Assembly (NCBI GenBank): GCA_002787405.1
Contig: PCWQ01000007.1
Span: 166,250-230,249, forward strand
Length of the DNA stretch: 64,000 bases
Direction of reading: 5' to 3'
Source of the DNA: Candidatus Komeilibacteria bacterium CG11_big_fil_rev_8_21_14_0_20_36_20
GTDB lineage: Bacteria > Patescibacteriota > Patescibacteriia > UBA1558 > GWA2-36-10
Of this stretch, positions 30,951 through 41,366 are shown piece by piece. A program made the position numbers and the translations under genes. Each line of letters starts with the position of its first letter. Position 1 is the first letter of the stretch. The notes under the pieces are model-generated. The model was not told the origin of the DNA. It worked only from the letters and a program-made list of their open reading frames with translations, and ran no database searches.

Positions 30951-33841
30951 TATTTTAAACCTAAAGTAATTTTCTCGCCGTTGATATCACACTCTTTGAA
31001 AATTTTGGGATTACTAGAGGATTCTTCTAAGCTGTCTGCTGAAGTGTTAGCTATTATTTCATCTTTAAAACTATTAATTATATCTTTCAAATAATCTGAA
31101 TCTGTTTGATAAGTTTCTACTGGATTATCGCTTGGTTTTAAGCCAGCTTGTTTGCGTAAGCTATTTATAAAACGGACTATTTCTCTAACCACGCCCTTGT
31201 CTTTTAAATCAGTTGTGAGATTTGTATTTAAAGAAATCGCAAATCCAAAATCATCTACTACCCAACCTTTTTTCTCACTTACTTTATTTACTATCTCTAT
31301 ATTTTCTATATTTAATTCGCTTTTTAATATATTAATATAATCCTGCTCTAATTTAATTTTATCGCCAAGTTTTATTTCTAAACTAGCTAAAGGCTGTCTT
31401 ACTTTTATGCCTGATTTGGCTCGTAAAGCGTGCGTTCTTTCTGCTACTTGTTTAATAACATCCATTTGATTCAAAATCTTTGTATCAACTAATTTGTTAT
31501 TTAATTTTTTCCACTCTTCCAGATGCACTGATTCTGCCTGATTATCAAACTCTTGATAAATTATTTCCGCGCTCATTGGCGCAAAGGGAGCAATAATTTT
31601 TGCTAATTCTTTAAGCACAAATGCTAAAATTTCAATAGCTTGCTGATCTCCTGCTTTAAATCTATCACGAGATCTTCTGACATACCAAGTTGAAAGACTA
31701 TCAATAAAATCAAAGATGGCTCGAGTTGGTTTTACTAAATTATAAGCTTCCATTTCAGTACCTACTTCATGCTGAAGTTTAACAAGCTTACTGACAATCC
31801 ACTGATCAAGATTATGATCAATTTTCTTTGGTAATTCTCCTTTAAATTTCTTCTCGCCAGAAAATATCAAATAAAAATTCAGTACATTTTGTAGAATACC
31901 TGTGAAACGACGATAGATTGTATTAAGATCTTTTTCCACAAAAGAAAGATTTTCAGCCAGCATCACTGGCGAAGAAAGTAAATACATGCGCAAAGCATCA
32001 GCACCATATTTTTCCATTATTACATCTGGCTCTGGATAGTTTTGTAATTTCTTAGACATCTTCTTGCCATCTTCAGCCAAAACAATACCGTTGACGATCA
32101 CATTTTTGTAGGCCACTTTATTTTTTATAGCTGTAGAAATGACATGTAGATAATAAAACCAAGCTCGGGTCTGATCTGATCCTTCGGCAATAAATTCAGC
32201 GGGAAATCTCTGGTCAAAAATTTCTTTGTTTTCAAAAGGATAATGAAAAGAAGCATAGGGCATAGAGCCAGATTCAAACCAACAGTCCAAAACATCAGGA
32301 ATGCGCTTCATGGTGCCACCGCAAGAACAAACAAAGGTTATTTTATCTACCACATGTTTATGTAAATCACTCACTTTTTGATTGCTGGCTTTTTCTAAGT
32401 CAGCCACTGAACCAAAAACTTTTTTCTCTTCACACTTGTCACATTGCCAAATTGGAATAACCGAAGCCCAAAATCTTTGTCGAGAAATTGACCAATCACG
32501 AGCGCCTTCCAGCCATTTGCCAAAACGGCCTTTTTTAATATGAGCCGGCGACCAATTAATATCCTGAGCCAATTTCAAGGCCTGATCTTTAATTTTAGTT
32601 ACGTTCACAAACCAAGATGAAGTGGCATAATTTAGCAAAGGCGTATCGCAACGCCAACAATGGGGATAGCTGTGCTGATATTTTTCTTTGGAAAATAATA
32701 AATTCTTTTTAGCCAAATATTGAATAATTTTAACATCAGTGGCTTGAGTATCGCCTTTTGGTTTTACATTTAACCCTGCAAACTCACCAGCATCTTCTTT
32801 AATACTGCCATCCATCTTAACATGCTGAACAAAAGGCAATTTTTTCTCTTTACCTAAATTCATATCATCTTCACCAAAAGCCGGCGCAATATGAACAATG
32901 CCCGTGCCTTCTTTAGTAGTCACAAAATCGCCATGGTAAATCTGCCAGCCATTTGTATGATTTTCTAATTTTTTATCTTTAGAATAATAATCAAATAATG
33001 GCTGATATTTCTGACCAATTAATTTATGGCCTTTGAATTCTTCTATAATCTCATATTTCTGATCTTTAAAAATTTGTTTAACTAAATCTTTGGCTAAAAT
33101 AAAATTTTCGTTATTTAATTTTATTTTCACATAATCAATATCTTTGCCAATCGCCAAAGCAACATTACCAATCAAAGTCCAAGGCGTGGTGGTCCAAGCT
33201 AAAACATAAGTGCCTGGCTCGTCAACTAATTCGAATTTAGCGGTCAAAGACAAATCTTTAACATCCTGATAACCTTCGGTCACTTCAGACTGAGATAAAG
33301 TGGTTTCACAACGCGGACAAATATGCATGGAACGATAATCTTCATAAATTAATCCTTTATCCCAAAGCTCTTTAAAAACCCACCAGATAGATTCCATAAA
33401 ATCCAAATCCATGGTTTTGTAGGCATTATCCATATCCACCCAGCGTCCCAAGCGCCGAATAACCATTTTCCAAGCATCAGCATATTCCAAAACTTTACTG
33501 CAACATTTCTGATTAAATTTATCTATACCTAAATTTTCAATTTCTTTTTTAGTGGTATACTTTAATTCTTTTTCTACAATATTTTCAATGGGCAAACCAT
33601 GGCAGTCCCAGCCCCATCTTCTGGCTACCCGATAACCTTTCATGGTCCAAAAACGAGGCACCACATCTTTCATGATGCTGGCTACCAAATGACCGTAATG
33701 GGGTGTACCTGTAGCAAAAGGCGGACCATCATAAAAAAGATAGTCTCCTTGCGGGGCCTCCTTGTCCACTGATTTCTGAAAAATCTTTTCTTGATCCCAA
33801 AAATCCAATATTTTCTTTTCTTGATCCTTAAAATCGGGCAT
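30950..33841 (-). CDS. ileS: Isoleucine--tRNA ligase (IleRS2 type)
   Basis: DGPPFATGTPHYGH, GWDCHGLP, WTTTPWT, KMSKK. Confidence 0.98.
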   Translation of the reverse strand: MPDFKDQEKKILDFWDQEKIFQKSVDKEAPQGDYLFYDGPPFATGTPHYGHLVASIMKDVVPRFWTMKGYRVARRWGWDCHGLPIENIVEKELKYTTKKEIENLGIDKFNQKCCSKVLEYADAWKMVIRRLGRWVDMDNAYKTMDLDFMESIWWVFKELWDKGLIYEDYRSMHICPRCETTLSQSEVTEGYQDVKDLSLTAKFELVDEPGTYVLAWTTTPWTLIGNVALAIGKDIDYVKIKLNNENFILAKDLVKQIFKDQKYEIIEEFKGHKLIGQKYQPLFDYYSKDKKLENHTNGWQIYHGDFVTTKEGTGIVHIAPAFGEDDMNLGKEKKLPFVQHVKMDGSIKEDAGEFAGLNVKPKGDTQATDVKIIQYLAKKNLLFSKEKYQHSYPHCWRCDTPLLNYATSSWFVNVTKIKDQALKLAQDINWSPAHIKKGRFGKWLEGARDWSISRQRFWASVIPIWQCDKCEEKKVFGSVADLEKASNQKVSDLHKHVVDKITFVCSCGGTMKRIPDVLDCWFESGSMPYASFHYPFENKEIFDQRFPAEFIAEGSDQTRAWFYYLHVISTAIKNKVAYKNVIVNGIVLAEDGKKMSKKLQNYPEPDVIMEKYGADALRMYLLSSPVMLAENLSFVEKDLNTIYRRFTGILQNVLNFYLIFSGEKKFKGELPKKIDHNLDQWIVSKLVKLQHEVGTEMEAYNLVKPTRAIFDFIDSLSTWYVRRSRDRFKAGDQQAIEILAFVLKELAKIIAPFAPMSAEIIYQEFDNQAESVHLEEWKKLNNKLVDTKILNQMDVIKQVAERTHALRAKSGIKVRQPLASLEIKLGDKIKLEQDYINILKSELNIENIEIVNKVSEKKGWVVDDFGFAISLNTNLTTDLKDKGVVREIVRFINSLRKQAGLKPSDNPVETYQTDSDYLKDIINSFKDEIIANTSADSLEESSSNPKIFKECDINGEKITLGLK

Positions 33842-34042
33842 TTTGTTGACTTCAGTAATTAATAGTAAGTAAAAATTATTTTAACTTAAAAATCTCTCTT
33901 TGACAAATCCTTAATCAGACTAAAAAAATAAAGAATAAAGAATCTGCCACCAGTTTTTTTTCTTTCTTTGATCAGCTCTAGTACGACGATTCTTGTGCCA
34001 ATAACTGGGCACTATAAAAATTTTGTCTAATTTCTTCTTCAT

Positions 34043-34113
34043 CTCGTTAGAAATTTAATATTCATTTTACTTTTGTCCTATTAGAAATTAAGTGTTGCAA
34101 TTTCTAACGGGAC
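34043..34113. repeat. CCCGTTAGAAAT-family inverted repeat cluster
   Basis: CTCGTTAGAAATT, GTCCTATTAGAAATT and inverted AATTTCTAACGGGAC. Confidence 0.7.
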
Positions 34114-34160
34114 TCATATTTTTAAAATTTAAACCCTCTGGCTTCCAAGCATGATTAAAG

Positions 34161-34418
34161 TCAGAGGGTCTTTTTTATCTCCTTAATAGTTAACCTTTTT
34201 TTATTTTGCAAATCATTTATCTTATTTAAAATTTTTAGGGCCTTCTGAGGATCATAAAGCCGATAGCCGCCCTGACTAAAACCATCAGCCGGCAACAAAC
34301 CTTCGCGAGTGTAAAAATTAATCGTTGACGGCAAAACCGAAAACATCCTGGCTAATTCACCAATTTTTACTAAATGGCTATCCTTTGGCTTCAATTGATA
34401 ACTACTCCTCTTTTGCAT
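34161..34418 (-). CDS. MerR-family HTH protein
   Basis: KIGELA...STINFYTREGLL...GGYRLY. Confidence 0.92.
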   Translation of the reverse strand: MQKRSSYQLKPKDSHLVKIGELARMFSVLPSTINFYTREGLLPADGFSQGGYRLYDPQKALKILNKINDLQNKKRLTIKEIKKTL

Positions 34419-34490
34419 AGATTGTTGTTATTATAAACCATAAACTAGAAAGTGTAAAGTAGTTATTATCACTTTATATTTAGAATAAAT

Positions 34491-34520
34491 AAAAGGATTG
34501 AATTTCTGTTCAACCCTTTT
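34491..34520 (-). terminator. Intrinsic terminator
   Basis: Minus strand AAAAGGGTTGAA-N6-TTCAATCCTTTT. Confidence 0.7.
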
Positions 34521-34535
34521 ATAAAGATTGTGTGA

Positions 34536-34817
34536 TTAAGTTGGTAAGGCGGCAATTTCTACCTTAAATTCTTCTATGAGACGATCCAAGATTTCTATAG
34601 GATCATCCTCATAATTAACCACAAGCATCTCATTGCCTCTCATTAAATCCGGCGCAGTTAATTTGAGAGCTTCGATAATACGCTCTCTAAAACCTGGGCT
34701 TTTATCTCTTATCGCGATTAATGTTGCTTTCACATCACTGTTTGTTGGGTCATCTTCCAAAGCTTTACGGATATCAGTACAAGCTATCTCAAATACTTTA
34801 TCGGTCAATAGCGACAT
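34536..34817 (-). CDS. Hypothetical protein (orphan unit)
   Basis: Start moved to ATG 34817 behind SD AAGGAGGGAG; TTGACA at 34897-34892. Confidence 0.75.
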   Translation of the reverse strand: MSLLTDKVFEIACTDIRKALEDDPTNSDVKATLIAIRDKSPGFRERIIEALKLTAPDLMRGNEMLVVNYEDDPIEILDRLIEEFKVEIAALPT

Positions 34818-34903
34818 ATCTCCCTCCTTCAAGATAAATAATTTATTATTAAAATAACAGTTTAGATCTTTCTATCACTATTAATATTGTTTGTCAATAA
34901 AAT

Positions 34904-34932
34904 AAAAACTCCCCCGCGTTGTGGGGGAATTT
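34904..34932 (-). terminator. Intrinsic terminator
   Basis: TCCCCCGC/GTGGGGGA stem with flanking A/T runs. Confidence 0.7.
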
Positions 34933-34947
34933 TCTAAAAAATTTTAA

Positions 34948-35481
34948 TTACTGTTGACTAGCGGCCTGCTTAACCTTTTGAATCTCTTGATAAATCTCCG
35001 AATCTTGACCGATCTCATCTATAGCCACTACTTTATCTCGGTTGATCTGCAAATACCCTTGTGGCTGATGCCACTCTTGGCTGCGCGCCATCAAAACTGG
35101 CACATTAACCACCTGTGGCTCCTCGCCTTCTACTTCCGAAGGGACAGTTTGCTGTTGGGTTTGAATATAATAAACATCATCTAAATAAAGATTGAGAGAA
35201 TCTTCCTTAACTATCTTGGCGTAATAGACTTGGCCGTTATCCATATAAACGACTTTGAATTTCAATTCTTTCTGTAAACTGGTGCTCTGCATCATAAAAT
35301 AGACAATAGAAGCTAAAACAATAATCACCACAATCAAAGTGGCAAACAACCAACCCTTACCCCGATGGACCATAGGTTTTTGAGAAACAAATTGCTCAAA
35401 ATCCAATAATTCTTCTTTGGATTCTACTTTATTAACTGGCTTTTTTGACCGACTAGCCAGAGAGGTTTTTTTAATAGGCAT
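34948..35481 (-). CDS. Membrane-anchored hypothetical protein
   Basis: One TM, then VYMDNGQVYY...LDDVYY...INRDKV beta domain. Confidence 0.85.
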   Translation of the reverse strand: MPIKKTSLASRSKKPVNKVESKEELLDFEQFVSQKPMVHRGKGWLFATLIVVIIVLASIVYFMMQSTSLQKELKFKVVYMDNGQVYYAKIVKEDSLNLYLDDVYYIQTQQQTVPSEVEGEEPQVVNVPVLMARSQEWHQPQGYLQINRDKVVAIDEIGQDSEIYQEIQKVKQAASQQ

Positions 35482-35605
35482 AAATCAATGATTAATTTTT
35501 ATAGTAGATCTATTTTAGCAATTATTTTAAAGTAAGTAAATAGCTATCCTCCTTACACAATTTTACAAAAAACTCTCTCTATACTATTATAATAGTCAAT
35601 AGATT

Positions 35606-35638
35606 ATCCCGCCTTCGGACGGGACCCTTTGGCGGGGT
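35606..35638. repeat. ATCCCGCC...GGCGGG palindromic element upstream of dprA
   Basis: GC-rich imperfect hairpin in AT-rich spacer. Confidence 0.55.
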
Positions 35639-35655
35639 GGTTAATTTAAAATTAT

Positions 35656-36744
35656 ATGAAAAGCGATTTAAATGAAAAACTACTTTTATTCTTTTTTTCC
35701 AAAATCAAGGGATTGGGTTCAGGCACACTCTGGTCATTGATAAAATCCTATGGCAGTTGCCAAGCTCTATACCAGGCAGCCCGAGAAAACGATCCTCTTT
35801 TAGGCAGTCGTCTGACTCAATTAATCCAGCAACCTCAGAGAAATAAAAACTTTCAAACTACAGTCAAAAAAGAATTTGATCAAATTCAGGAAAATTATCT
35901 TACTATTCTTGATGATGACTATCCACGATTATTGCAAAAAATCTATGATCCGCCTCTTTTCTTATTTTATCGAGGTCAGACAAAAATTCTTAAAAATCAA
36001 TCTCTGACTGTGGTTGGTTCTCGGAAAATCACCAACTATCATCAATCCGCTACTGAAAAAATTATCCAACAATTAAGCCCGGCTCCTCTAACCATTGCTA
36101 GTGGCCTAGCCATCGGCATTGATGCTCTTAGTCATCAAGCTGCTTTGAAAAATAACTTGCCAACTGTTGCTGTGCTTGGCTCTGGCTTATCAGAAACAGT
36201 CTTATACCCCCAAACGAATATTCAATTAGCCAGAAAAATAATTGAAAATAACGGCTTATTGCTTTCTGAACATCCCAGCCACACCAGACCGGAACTGCAT
36301 CATTTTCCCAGACGCAATCGTATTCTGGCTGGTTTATCTAAAATCACTATTGTTATTTCCGGTGCCTTAAAATCCGGCACCTTGATTACTGCTCAAGTAG
36401 CTCTGGATGAAAATCGTGAAGTTTATGCTCTGCCCGGCAACATTAATATGACTTTATCATTAGGGCCAAATTCTCTGATTGCCAATGGAGCTAATATACT
36501 TTTATCAGCCAATAGTATTTTGGAGGCCTACAATTTTAATAATAAAACATCTAGCCCTAAAATAAAATTTAACAATTTATTGGAGAAAAAAATATATGAT
36601 CTGATTCAAATTGAGCCGCTGACCTTAGAACAGCTGTCACAAAAACTTAAATTATCCCTAATGGAAATCAATATTTCTATTTCTCAACTGGAGATTCAGG
36701 GAATTTTAAAGATTAATCAATTTAATCAGATTGAAATTATATGA
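35656..36744 (+). CDS. dprA: DNA processing protein DprA
   Basis: YPRLL..IYDPP, VVGSR, SGLAIGID, HFPRRNRI. Confidence 0.97.
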   Translation: MKSDLNEKLLLFFFSKIKGLGSGTLWSLIKSYGSCQALYQAARENDPLLGSRLTQLIQQPQRNKNFQTTVKKEFDQIQENYLTILDDDYPRLLQKIYDPPLFLFYRGQTKILKNQSLTVVGSRKITNYHQSATEKIIQQLSPAPLTIASGLAIGIDALSHQAALKNNLPTVAVLGSGLSETVLYPQTNIQLARKIIENNGLLLSEHPSHTRPELHHFPRRNRILAGLSKITIVISGALKSGTLITAQVALDENREVYALPGNINMTLSLGPNSLIANGANILLSANSILEAYNFNNKTSSPKIKFNNLLEKKIYDLIQIEPLTLEQLSQKLKLSLMEINISISQLEIQGILKINQFNQIEII

Positions 36745-37376
36745 AAATAAAATTATCACAAGAGCAAAAAATAAATCTCTTACAAACGGTTTTTATTGCT
36801 TTTATTATCCTAGCCAACTTAGTAGGAGCTAAGGTGATTAATCTCGGTCCAATTGATGTCTCAGTCGCTGTCTGGCTTATGCCTGTTTTATTTTTAATTA
36901 CTGATATTTTAACAGAAATCAAAGGACCCCAATTTGTCCGCCAATTAATCTGGTCAACTTCTTTTGTTTTGATTATCAGCTTGGTTGTGATTCAAATCAT
37001 GGTCCATCTCCAACCAGCTGAACGATTTATAAATAACGAATCCTATGTTACTACTTTTCAAAACAGCAGCCGGATGATTTTAGCTTCAGTGATTGCTTTT
37101 GTTATCTCTCAAATACATGATGTTTGGGCTTTTGATTTTTGGAAAAGAAAAACTCACGGCAAGCATCTCTGGCTGCGTAATAATTTATCAACTATTGTCA
37201 GCCAATTTATTGATACGGTTATCTTTATGTTTTTGGCTTTTTATTATTTGACCCCAAAATTTGACTTTGTTTATATCTGGCAATTGATTCTGCCCTATTA
37301 TTTGCTAAAATTAATTCTGGCTCTGGGTGATACTCCTTTTGCTTATTTGGGTGTCCGCTGGCTTAGAAAAAAATAA
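36741..37376 (+). CDS. Queuosine precursor transporter (YhhQ/VUT family)
   Basis: FLITDILTE, WLRNNLSTIVSQFIDT, DTPF. Confidence 0.93.
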   Translation: MKIKLSQEQKINLLQTVFIAFIILANLVGAKVINLGPIDVSVAVWLMPVLFLITDILTEIKGPQFVRQLIWSTSFVLIISLVVIQIMVHLQPAERFINNESYVTTFQNSSRMILASVIAFVISQIHDVWAFDFWKRKTHGKHLWLRNNLSTIVSQFIDTVIFMFLAFYYLTPKFDFVYIWQLILPYYLLKLILALGDTPFAYLGVRWLRKK

Positions 37377-37381
37377 ATAAA

Positions 37382-38677
37382 ATGAAAACCTACCAAAAAG
37401 ATATTGCTTTTCTGGAGTCTCTGGCTAATCTACCACAAAAAAATTATTTATTGGGGCTAAAAGACCGTAGTATTTTTTTGATTCGTTTAAAAAACTTTTT
37501 AACCTTAGTTGGCAATCCCCAGAATAAATTAAAATTTATTCACATTGCCGGGACTAGTGGTAAAGGATCCACGGTTGGAATTTTACGCGAGTTGATGGCT
37601 AACGCCAGATTAAAAGTCGGCTCCTATACTTCACCTTTTGCAACAACCAGTTTGGAGAAGATACAAATTAACCAAAATTTAATTTCCCCAAAAGATTTAC
37701 ATCAAATTCTGGAACAGAAAATAAAGCCCGCTTTGAATAAATATATTTTAAAATTTCCCACTGAACCGATTTCCTATTTTGAAGCTTGGCTGGCCATTGG
37801 TCTCTTATATTATCAGCAGGCAGAATGCAACTGGGTAATTTTGGAAACCGGCCTAGGAGGCACTCATGACGCCACTAATGTCATTACTCACCCTAAAATC
37901 ACAGCTATTACTAATATTGGTCTGGATCATACTCATATCTTGGGCCATACTAAAAAGAAAATCGCCCAAGATAAGGCCGGAATTATCAAAAAAGGCAGCC
38001 GATTTTTAACCACTGAAAAATCTCCCAAACTGATTAGTATTTTCAAATCTGTGACTAAAAAAAAGAAAGCTAAATTTATTGTTTTAAAAAATTTAACCAG
38101 ACAATATGATGGAGGAACATATTTCAGTACCCCTCGGCAAAAAAATAATTTAAACTTGGCTTTAAATGTTCTGGATGTTTTAAAAATTAAACCGCGTCAA
38201 GTTCAAAAAATAATCAACAATTTTCAACTCATCTGCCGACAAGAAATTATCCAAAAAAATCCTCTGGTAATTTTAGACGGCGCCCATAATCCCGACAAAC
38301 TATCTAATCTGGTTAATTTTATAAAACAACAAAAATATAAAAAACTACACCTAATTATCGGTCTGGCTGAAAATAAAGACTGCCGCCAAGCCCTGAAAAA
38401 AATACTGCCCCTAGCTGATTATCTTTATTTAACCCGTTTTTTAGTGATCCAACGCAAAACAGCTGCTTTAAGAAAACTATACCAACAAAGCCGGCGAATT
38501 TCTAAAATCCCCTGTCAATTATTTTTAGACCCACACCAAGCTTTAGAGGCCGCTTTCGCTCAAGCTAGACAGTCGGATTTAATCTTAATAACCGGATCAT
38601 TCTTTTTAACAGGCGAGCTCCGCAAATATTGGATTACAGAAGAATATATTATTAAAAATTTAAAAACTTTTAAATAA
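37382..38677 (+). CDS. folC: Folylpolyglutamate synthase/dihydrofolate synthase
   Basis: IHIAGTSGKGS, ETGLGG..DATN, LDGAHN. Confidence 0.95.
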   Translation: MKTYQKDIAFLESLANLPQKNYLLGLKDRSIFLIRLKNFLTLVGNPQNKLKFIHIAGTSGKGSTVGILRELMANARLKVGSYTSPFATTSLEKIQINQNLISPKDLHQILEQKIKPALNKYILKFPTEPISYFEAWLAIGLLYYQQAECNWVILETGLGGTHDATNVITHPKITAITNIGLDHTHILGHTKKKIAQDKAGIIKKGSRFLTTEKSPKLISIFKSVTKKKKAKFIVLKNLTRQYDGGTYFSTPRQKNNLNLALNVLDVLKIKPRQVQKIINNFQLICRQEIIQKNPLVILDGAHNPDKLSNLVNFIKQQKYKKLHLIIGLAENKDCRQALKKILPLADYLYLTRFLVIQRKTAALRKLYQQSRRISKIPCQLFLDPHQALEAAFAQARQSDLILITGSFFLTGELRKYWITEEYIIKNLKTFK

Positions 38678-38683
38678 AGATAC

Positions 38684-38712
38684 TTGCCAAAAAATAAATT
38701 TTGTTATATAGT
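38684..38712 (+). promoter_or_regulatory. Sigma70 promoter of topA (near-leaderless)
   Basis: TTGCCA-17-TATAGT, 9 nt before ATG 38722. Confidence 0.65.
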
Positions 38713-38721
38713 CCGAACTAT

Positions 38722-40920
38722 ATGTCTAAATTAGTCATTGTTGAATCACCAACTAAAGCCAAAACAATCAAGGGATTCTTAGGTAAAGAATATAAAGTAG
38801 AATCCTCTTTTGGCCACATTAGAGATCTGCCTAAAAGCAAGATTGGAGTTGATGTTGAAAATAATTTTGAACCTACTTATGTTATCCCCGCCAAAGCAAA
38901 AAAAAGAGTTAATGAGTTAAAAAAACTGGCGGAAAAAGCAGAGATGGTCTATTTTGCTACTGATGAAGATCGGGAAGGCGAAGCGATTAGCTGGCATCTT
39001 CAGAAAATTTTTCAGCTGCCCAAAGATAAGCAAAAACGAATTGCTTTTCATGAAATCACAAAAAAAGCTATTGATGCCGCCTTGGCTAATCCTCGCGATA
39101 TCAATTCTGATTTGGTAGATGCCCAACAAGCCCGTCGTATCTTGGATCGCCTGGTCGGCTATAAATTGTCACCTTTGCTTTGGAAAAAAGTAGCCAAGGG
39201 GCTTTCCGCTGGACGAGTCCAATCAGCCGCTCTACGTTTAATAGTAGAAAGGGAAGAAGAGCGTAATAAATTTAAAGCAGAAGAGTATTGGACGGTAGAA
39301 GGTTTAGCTAATAAAAATTCCCAAAAATTTAAAGTTGCTCTTTACCAAGAAAATAAAAAAACTCTGGGTAAGTTTGATTTAGATAAAAATAAAGCTCAAA
39401 CGGCCGTTAAGGATATTCAACTAGCTGAATTAATCGTCAGTAAGGTCGAGGCCAAGAAAACTAACAAAACCCCCCTCCCTCCTTTTACTACTTCTACCTT
39501 GCAGCAGGATGCTAACCGCCGTTTTGGCTATTCGGCCAAACAAACAATGATGCTGGCCCAACAGTTATATGAAGGAATCAAACTGAACGGACGAGGTACA
39601 GTTGGTTTAATCACTTATATGAGAACTGACTCTTTAAATTTATCAGATGATTTTATCGAGCAAGTCAATAATTATCTTAAAAATAACTTAGGTTCCGAAT
39701 ATACTGTCACTGGCGGCAGAAAGTTTAAGAAAAAATCAAAATTAGTTCAAGAAGCTCATGAGGCCATTCGACCGACTGATGTAGAAAATGAGCCATCGGA
39801 AATTAAATCATATTTGGACAAAAGACAATATAAAATTTACGAACTGATCTGGCAAAGAGCCGTAGCTTCGCAAATGGCTGAAGCGGTCATTGAAACTACT
39901 TCTGTGGTTATTGACGCCAAAAATACTCCTTGGAATCTTAAGGCAGTCGGCTCGGTTATGAAATTTTTGGGCTGGAAAAAAATCTACCAGAGCAACGGCG
40001 AAGACAACCAGTTGCCTGAATTAAAAAAAAACGACCAGATTAATTTAGAAAAACTTGAAGCTTTGCAACACTTTACTGTCCCCCCTGCCAGATATTCTGA
40101 AGCTGGTTTAGTCAAAGCTATGGAAAAATTAGGTATTGGTCGACCATCCACTTATGCCCCCACTATTGCTACTTTAATAACGCGTAAATATACTACTAAA
40201 GAAGAAAAACGCCTAGCACCAACTGAAATCGCCATCATCGTCAATAAACTACTAGTGGAACATTTCCCCGATGTAGTTGATTATGGCTTTACTGCGGAAA
40301 TGGAAGATGATCTTGATCATATTGCCCACGGTCAAAAAGAGTGGCAACCGATTATCGCTGAATTTTATCAACCATTCATTAAAAATTTAAATATGAAAGA
40401 AAAAGAATTAAATAAAAAAGAGATCACTGAAACTGCTACTGATGAAATTTGTGAAAAATGTGGTAGTCCAATGGTGATAAAATTAGGCCGGTTCGGAAAA
40501 TTTATGGCTTGCACTAATTATCCTGATTGTAAAAACACTAAACCTCTCAATGGCAACGGAGAAGTGGAAGAGCCAGAAAAAACTGATGAAAAATGTCCTA
40601 CCTGCGGAGCAGCGATGATTATTAAAACAGGCCGATTCGGAAAATTTATGGCTTGCCAAAATTATCCTAAATGTAAAACCACTAAAAATCTATCTAAAAG
40701 CACTGGGGCAAAATGCACCAAATGTCAAAAGGGCGAAATGGTAGAGAAATACACTAAAACAGGGAAAATATTTTACAGCTGCGACCAATATCCAGACTGC
40801 AAACATGCTGTCTGGTCAAAACCAACCGGCGAGTACTGCCCGGAATGTAAACAATTATTGCTCCATGCCGCTAAAAATACCATTAAGTGCGAAGAATGCA
40901 GCTTTGAAAAAACTGAATAA
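38722..40920 (+). CDS. topA: DNA topoisomerase I
   Basis: VIVESPTKA, DEDREGE, AGRVQS, ITYMRTDS, C-terminal Zn ribbons; start moved to ATG 38722. Confidence 0.98.
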   Translation: MSKLVIVESPTKAKTIKGFLGKEYKVESSFGHIRDLPKSKIGVDVENNFEPTYVIPAKAKKRVNELKKLAEKAEMVYFATDEDREGEAISWHLQKIFQLPKDKQKRIAFHEITKKAIDAALANPRDINSDLVDAQQARRILDRLVGYKLSPLLWKKVAKGLSAGRVQSAALRLIVEREEERNKFKAEEYWTVEGLANKNSQKFKVALYQENKKTLGKFDLDKNKAQTAVKDIQLAELIVSKVEAKKTNKTPLPPFTTSTLQQDANRRFGYSAKQTMMLAQQLYEGIKLNGRGTVGLITYMRTDSLNLSDDFIEQVNNYLKNNLGSEYTVTGGRKFKKKSKLVQEAHEAIRPTDVENEPSEIKSYLDKRQYKIYELIWQRAVASQMAEAVIETTSVVIDAKNTPWNLKAVGSVMKFLGWKKIYQSNGEDNQLPELKKNDQINLEKLEALQHFTVPPARYSEAGLVKAMEKLGIGRPSTYAPTIATLITRKYTTKEEKRLAPTEIAIIVNKLLVEHFPDVVDYGFTAEMEDDLDHIAHGQKEWQPIIAEFYQPFIKNLNMKEKELNKKEITETATDEICEKCGSPMVIKLGRFGKFMACTNYPDCKNTKPLNGNGEVEEPEKTDEKCPTCGAAMIIKTGRFGKFMACQNYPKCKTTKNLSKSTGAKCTKCQKGEMVEKYTKTGKIFYSCDQYPDCKHAVWSKPTGEYCPECKQLLLHAAKNTIKCEECSFEKTE

Positions 40921-40940
40921 TTATTAATGACCCCTAAAAC

Positions 40941-40970
40941 AAAAATGGCCAACTTATTTGGCCATTTTTT
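40941..40970. terminator. Bidirectional terminator
   Basis: AAAAATGGCCAA-N6-TTGGCCATTTTT between convergent genes. Confidence 0.85.
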
Positions 40971-40992
40971 AGGTTAAACTATTTTTGTCTCC

Positions 40993-41217
40993 TCAATTTT
41001 GAAAAGGGGCAATTAACTCTCTGCCGCAAGAACATTGAACCACTGGACCTTCGTGAGTTTCATCAATCTTTTCCCAGCACTGATCACAATACTCTTTTTG
41101 GCAGTTAGGACATTTAACCTTAATGTTTCCAATTGTACTCCCACAATTCTGGCAACCAAATTGTCTGCTAACTCTGATAATTAAAGCCTGCATCCTGTCT
41201 GATGTTCCTCTTGGCAT
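40993..41217 (-). CDS. Small Cys-rich zinc-finger protein (orphan unit)
   Basis: CxxC x3 plus CxC; SD AAAGGAGG; TTGTTT-17-TAGTAT upstream. Confidence 0.8.
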   Translation of the reverse strand: MPRGTSDRMQALIIRVSRQFGCQNCGSTIGNIKVKCPNCQKEYCDQCWEKIDETHEGPVVQCSCGRELIAPFQN

Positions 41218-41317
41218 AAATGCCTCCTTTATTAATTTAAGACCTATAAAAAGTACACCTATAAACTTACTCCATACTACAATAACTAAATAAAAAAAAC
41301 AAGTCTTAATATTATAC

Positions 41318-41346
41318 TTGCCATTTTTAACAGTAAATACTAATAT
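41318..41346 (+). promoter_or_regulatory. Sigma70 promoter of rel
   Basis: TTGCCA-17-TAATAT. Confidence 0.65.
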
Positions 41347-41366
41347 AGAGAGTATTAGATAAAAAT

